64,000 bases of DNA from positions 96,001 through 160,000 of the forward strand of contig JAVJSW010000077.1 in the NCBI GenBank assembly GCA_040219255.1, in the 5' to 3' direction. Shown piece by piece: positions 61,053-64,000 of the stretch. Below the pieces are notes generated by a model. The model saw only the letters and a program-made list of their open reading frames with translations, ran no database searches and was not told the DNA's origin. Position 1 is the first letter of the stretch, and each line of letters begins with the position of its first letter. Source of the stretch: Sumerlaeia bacterium (lineage in GTDB: Bacteria; Sumerlaeota; Sumerlaeia; SLMS01; JAHLLQ01). The position numbers and the translations under genes are program-made.

Positions 61053-62213
61053 CTAGCGGAACATGGGCACCTCGGAAGCCTCGCTCGACTTGCGCGCGAT
61101 CATCTTCGGTGTCATCAGCGCCGGCTCCGGCGTCTTGCCGGTTCGGATGCGCTCGATCAGCATCTCCGTCGCCCGCCGGCACATCTCTTCCACCGGATAG
61201 CGGATTCCTGTGATTGGCGGATTGTGGAGGGCGTACATCGGATTTTCGTCGAAGCCCACCAGTTTGACCTGGGCGGGGATGCGAAGGCGTTCGACTTCGA
61301 GCGCCTTGGAGATGGCGAAGGGGAGAACCCCGCCCAGCGTCAGCACGCCATCCGGGTCGCCCCAGGCTCCGATGTGATTGAGGAAGGCCGCTTTGGCCTG
61401 CTCCATGTCCTCCGGCAGATTCACCACCGTGAAGCTGAGCGAGGGATCGCTGTAGGAATTGACCGCGTGGGCGATGCCTTCGACGCGGTCGACGATGGCG
61501 GCTTCGTGGGACCGCTCCTCGGGGACGGCGACGATGACCTTGCGGGCGCCGGCCACGATCAGGTGGCCCATGGCCATGCGGCCGGCCGTGAACTCGTCGA
61601 CGCTGACGCTGCAAATGCGCTCGTCTTCCTTGTAGTTCATCGAGCCCACAACGGCGATCGGCAGCTCGCTGTTGCGGAGCTGCTCGGACACCGTGTCGTC
61701 GTCCTCCGGGTTCACGTAGATGATACCGTCGACGGACTCGCCGGCGTTGGCGAGCAGCTTGCCGATGGTGCGCTCTTCGCTGCGGGTCATCAGCACCAGG
61801 TCGTAACCCACTTTGCTGGCCGAGCGAATCGCGCCGTGAATCTGAAGCATCTGATCGAGTTGGAGAAGGGTGGCGGTGACGCTGGAGGTATTGATCGGCA
61901 CGTCGTCGTGGCCGTGGATCGGATAGCACAAGGCGACGGCCTGGTGCTTGCCGGTGGCAAGGCGCACCGCCGCCCGGCTGGGTGTGTAGCCCAGCTTCTT
62001 GACGGCCGCGTAGACCCGTTGCTTCGTCTCCTCGCGCGCGGAGAACCCATCGTAGGAGTTGTTGAGAATGCGCGACACCGCGGCGATGCTGACGCCCGCC
62101 TCTTTGGCGACGTCCATGATCGTGACCCGGCGCTTGCTGGCGCCTTTGCCACCACCCTTGCTGGGCTTGCCACCGCGATTGCTGCTGTTGGTGTTGTTAC
62201 TGTTACCGGCCAT
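61053..62213 (-). CDS. LacI-family transcriptional regulator
   Basis: VTIMDVAKEAGVSIAAVSRILN, LGYTPS.AA..L, LVGFD, PPITGI. Confidence 0.95.
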   Translation of the reverse strand: MAGNSNNTNSSNRGGKPSKGGGKGASKRRVTIMDVAKEAGVSIAAVSRILNNSYDGFSAREETKQRVYAAVKKLGYTPSRAAVRLATGKHQAVALCYPIHGHDDVPINTSSVTATLLQLDQMLQIHGAIRSASKVGYDLVLMTRSEERTIGKLLANAGESVDGIIYVNPEDDDTVSEQLRNSELPIAVVGSMNYKEDERICSVSVDEFTAGRMAMGHLIVAGARKVIVAVPEERSHEAAIVDRVEGIAHAVNSYSDPSLSFTVVNLPEDMEQAKAAFLNHIGAWGDPDGVLTLGGVLPFAISKALEVERLRIPAQVKLVGFDENPMYALHNPPITGIRYPVEEMCRRATEMLIERIRTGKTPEPALMTPKMIARKSSEASEVPMFR

Positions 62214-62303
62214 CCTGTCCTCAGTCGTAGCGGGAGAGCCTTTCTATAAAAATCCCAATCAAATCACATGAAGGGCTTAGTTGGATACGCTCGCCGCGAG
62301 CCC

Positions 62304-62317
62304 GTCAAGCGGTTTAC
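62304..62317. promoter_or_regulatory. candidate LacI-type operator upstream of the LacI gene
   Basis: GTCAAGCGGTTTAC, an imperfect palindrome with the AANCGNTT core. A second palindrome, TTGCAATGCGTTGCAA, lies at 62365-62380. Confidence 0.35.
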
Positions 62318-62411
62318 TCGCTCAGTAAAGGGTTTTATTCCCGATCCCCCATCGTCAAGCCTATTTGCAATGCGTTGCAACGATAAAAAGCGACCCCTCC
62401 GCCCTGTGTCA

Positions 62412-64000
62412 TCACTTTGGCGGCGGCGGGACCTCCCAGGGCGGCGTCACCCGCCACGCCCGCAGAAAATCCGCAGCCCCCGGCCCGACGAATACCGACT
62501 CCGGCGCGGCCTGCGGGGCCCCGTCCTTTGGCCCATAGACCAGGAATTGAATTCCGTCGACCTCGCTCTGAAGCCGATACCAGAGGGTGTAGCGATCGGA
62601 TCCGGGAGGGGCCTCCACCGTGGGGCGCAAGGGCCAGACGACGGCGCGGCCTTCGTCGCCTGGTTCGATCCAGCCCTCCAACGGTTCGTCCTGCCAGGCG
62701 TAAAGCACAATAAAATCAACGCCCCGCGACAGCAGATAGTCCGCCAGCGGAGGCCCCGACAAATTGAACGTCGCCACATGCCGGTCCATCAGGCCCAGCA
62801 TGTCGACGATGTGCGTTTCCCGCGGCAGGTAATATCCCAGCATTCCCATCTGATCCGCCGCAAGCATCGCCCCCGGGTGCTCTGGCAGCAGGTTCTCGCT
62901 GAGCCAGCGCCCCGCCTGCGCGTTGATCAGTATCGGATCGCTCCGATACCAGGACCAGCGCTCCTCCCAGGCTGGGTCGCGGAGCGCCTCGCCCAGCCGC
63001 ACCGCCAGCCGTGTCCTCGGGTCGTCGTTCGCGATGCCCCGCAGCCATGGGCTGTGCCACCGGAACGGCAGCCAAAGGTTCAGCGCCAGCAAGCCCCCCG
63101 CCGCCAAACCCACAGCGACGCGGGCTCCCAGCCTTCCCCCCGCCCGTTGCAGCGCCCACTCGAGTCCCAACCAAAGCCCCAGCAGGCTCGGCACAACCAC
63201 CGGCACGAGGTAGCGGAAACCGCTGTTGAGCTGGTCGCCGATCTTGAGCTGGAACGCCACGCCCGCCAGAATCTGCAAGCCCGCCGCCAGGGCCAGGACG
63301 TCCGACCGGCCGCGCAGCCACCGCGCCGCGCAGCCCGCCAGTCCCAACACCGGAAAGCCCCACCAGGTCGCCGTCAGGGCCCCCGCCTGGCGCCAACCCG
63401 CGGACCGCCAAAGCAGCCACAGCGGCGGATCGTCGTGCCCCTTGGCCCGCACCGTGTTCGGAATCCATGCGTCATAATACACCCGGCGCGCCAGTTCGAC
63501 CGCCAGCCACACCCCTACCGGGACCGCCCACGCCGCCGCGAGCCGGGCCATTTCCCGCGACCGCCACGGCGTTCCCTCGCGACGCAGCCGCCACGCCTCG
63601 GCCCCCAGAACCGGCCAGAGCGCCAGCACGAAGCCCAAGCCCTCGGGCCGGCTCAGCCCCGCCAGCGCCCCGAAAAACGCCGCCCAGAGCCAATTCCGGC
63701 ATCCCGCCGCCAACACCATTCCGCCGAGGACGGCCGCGTACTGCACCGTCTCCAGGCCCTGATCGCGGTGGTAATTGAGAAACGGCTGAAACCCCAGCGC
63801 CAGCGCCAGCCACCACGCCAGCATCGGCTCCCCCGGCGCCCGCCGCCGCGCCATGGCGAAACCCATCGCCACGAGTAGCGCCAGAAAACCGACCGACAGC
63901 GCCCGCGCCGCGAAATGCAGCTCGGCCCCGGACATCGCAAAGGGCATCAAGAGCGCCAACCAGAGTGGATTCGACGTGCCCTCGACGATTTCTCCCCGGT
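62412..64000 (-). CDS. GT-C-like membrane protein (3' part; start lies beyond the window)
   Basis: VEGTSNPLW, GLET, LSRPEG, YYDAWIPNT..AK, FRYLVP and DMLGLMD motifs. Confidence 0.78.
   Translation of the reverse strand, partial: RGEIVEGTSNPLWLALLMPFAMSGAELHFAARALSVGFLALLVAMGFAMARRRAPGEPMLAWWLALALGFQPFLNYHRDQGLETVQYAAVLGGMVLAAGCRNWLWAAFFGALAGLSRPEGLGFVLALWPVLGAEAWRLRREGTPWRSREMARLAAAWAVPVGVWLAVELARRVYYDAWIPNTVRAKGHDDPPLWLLWRSAGWRQAGALTATWWGFPVLGLAGCAARWLRGRSDVLALAAGLQILAGVAFQLKIGDQLNSGFRYLVPVVVPSLLGLWLGLEWALQRAGGRLGARVAVGLAAGGLLALNLWLPFRWHSPWLRGIANDDPRTRLAVRLGEALRDPAWEERWSWYRSDPILINAQAGRWLSENLLPEHPGAMLAADQMGMLGYYLPRETHIVDMLGLMDRHVATFNLSGPPLADYLLSRGVDFIVLYAWQDEPLEGWIEPGDEGRAVVWPLRPTVEAPPGSDRYTLWYRLQSEVDGIQFLVYGPKDGAPQAAPESVFVGPGAADFLRAWRVTPPWEVPPPPK

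Noticed and set aside
60739-61213. Short plus-strand ORFs between the ROK and LacI genes
   Set aside because: No clear RBS, atypical codon use and no motifs; likely regulatory spacer.

Overview
A 64-kb, high-GC chromosomal window from a diderm (LPS-making) bacterium. The gene content (many GT-C-like membrane proteins, giant carboxypeptidase-regulatory-like repeat proteins, futalosine-pathway mqnA) is reminiscent of Sumerlaeota/BRC1 or similar candidate phyla, but taxonomy cannot be fixed from this window. It mixes housekeeping genes (rho, coaE, upp, rplM-rpsI, skp-lpxC-fabZ-lpxI, trmD, mqnA, nadC, sat-cysC, metH, carbonic anhydrase) with envelope and hypothetical genes. I saw no rRNA, tRNA, CRISPR array, transposase or prophage gene. 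The most striking items are: (1) a full-length AcrB-type RND transporter fused in frame to an intact ABC ATPase, with an orphan membrane-fusion protein 47 kb away; (2) a ~275-bp element present twice in inverted orientation that supplies the leader and first ~24 codons of two otherwise dissimilar GT-C-like genes; (3) two short elements bounded by inverted (CAC[A/C]GAG)x3 arms, plus a REP doublet; (4) a ROK kinase-GmhA fusion; (5) a circularly permuted CBM48-like domain. Several start codons were moved from the ORF track by eye. Family assignments come from motif recognition, not database searches.
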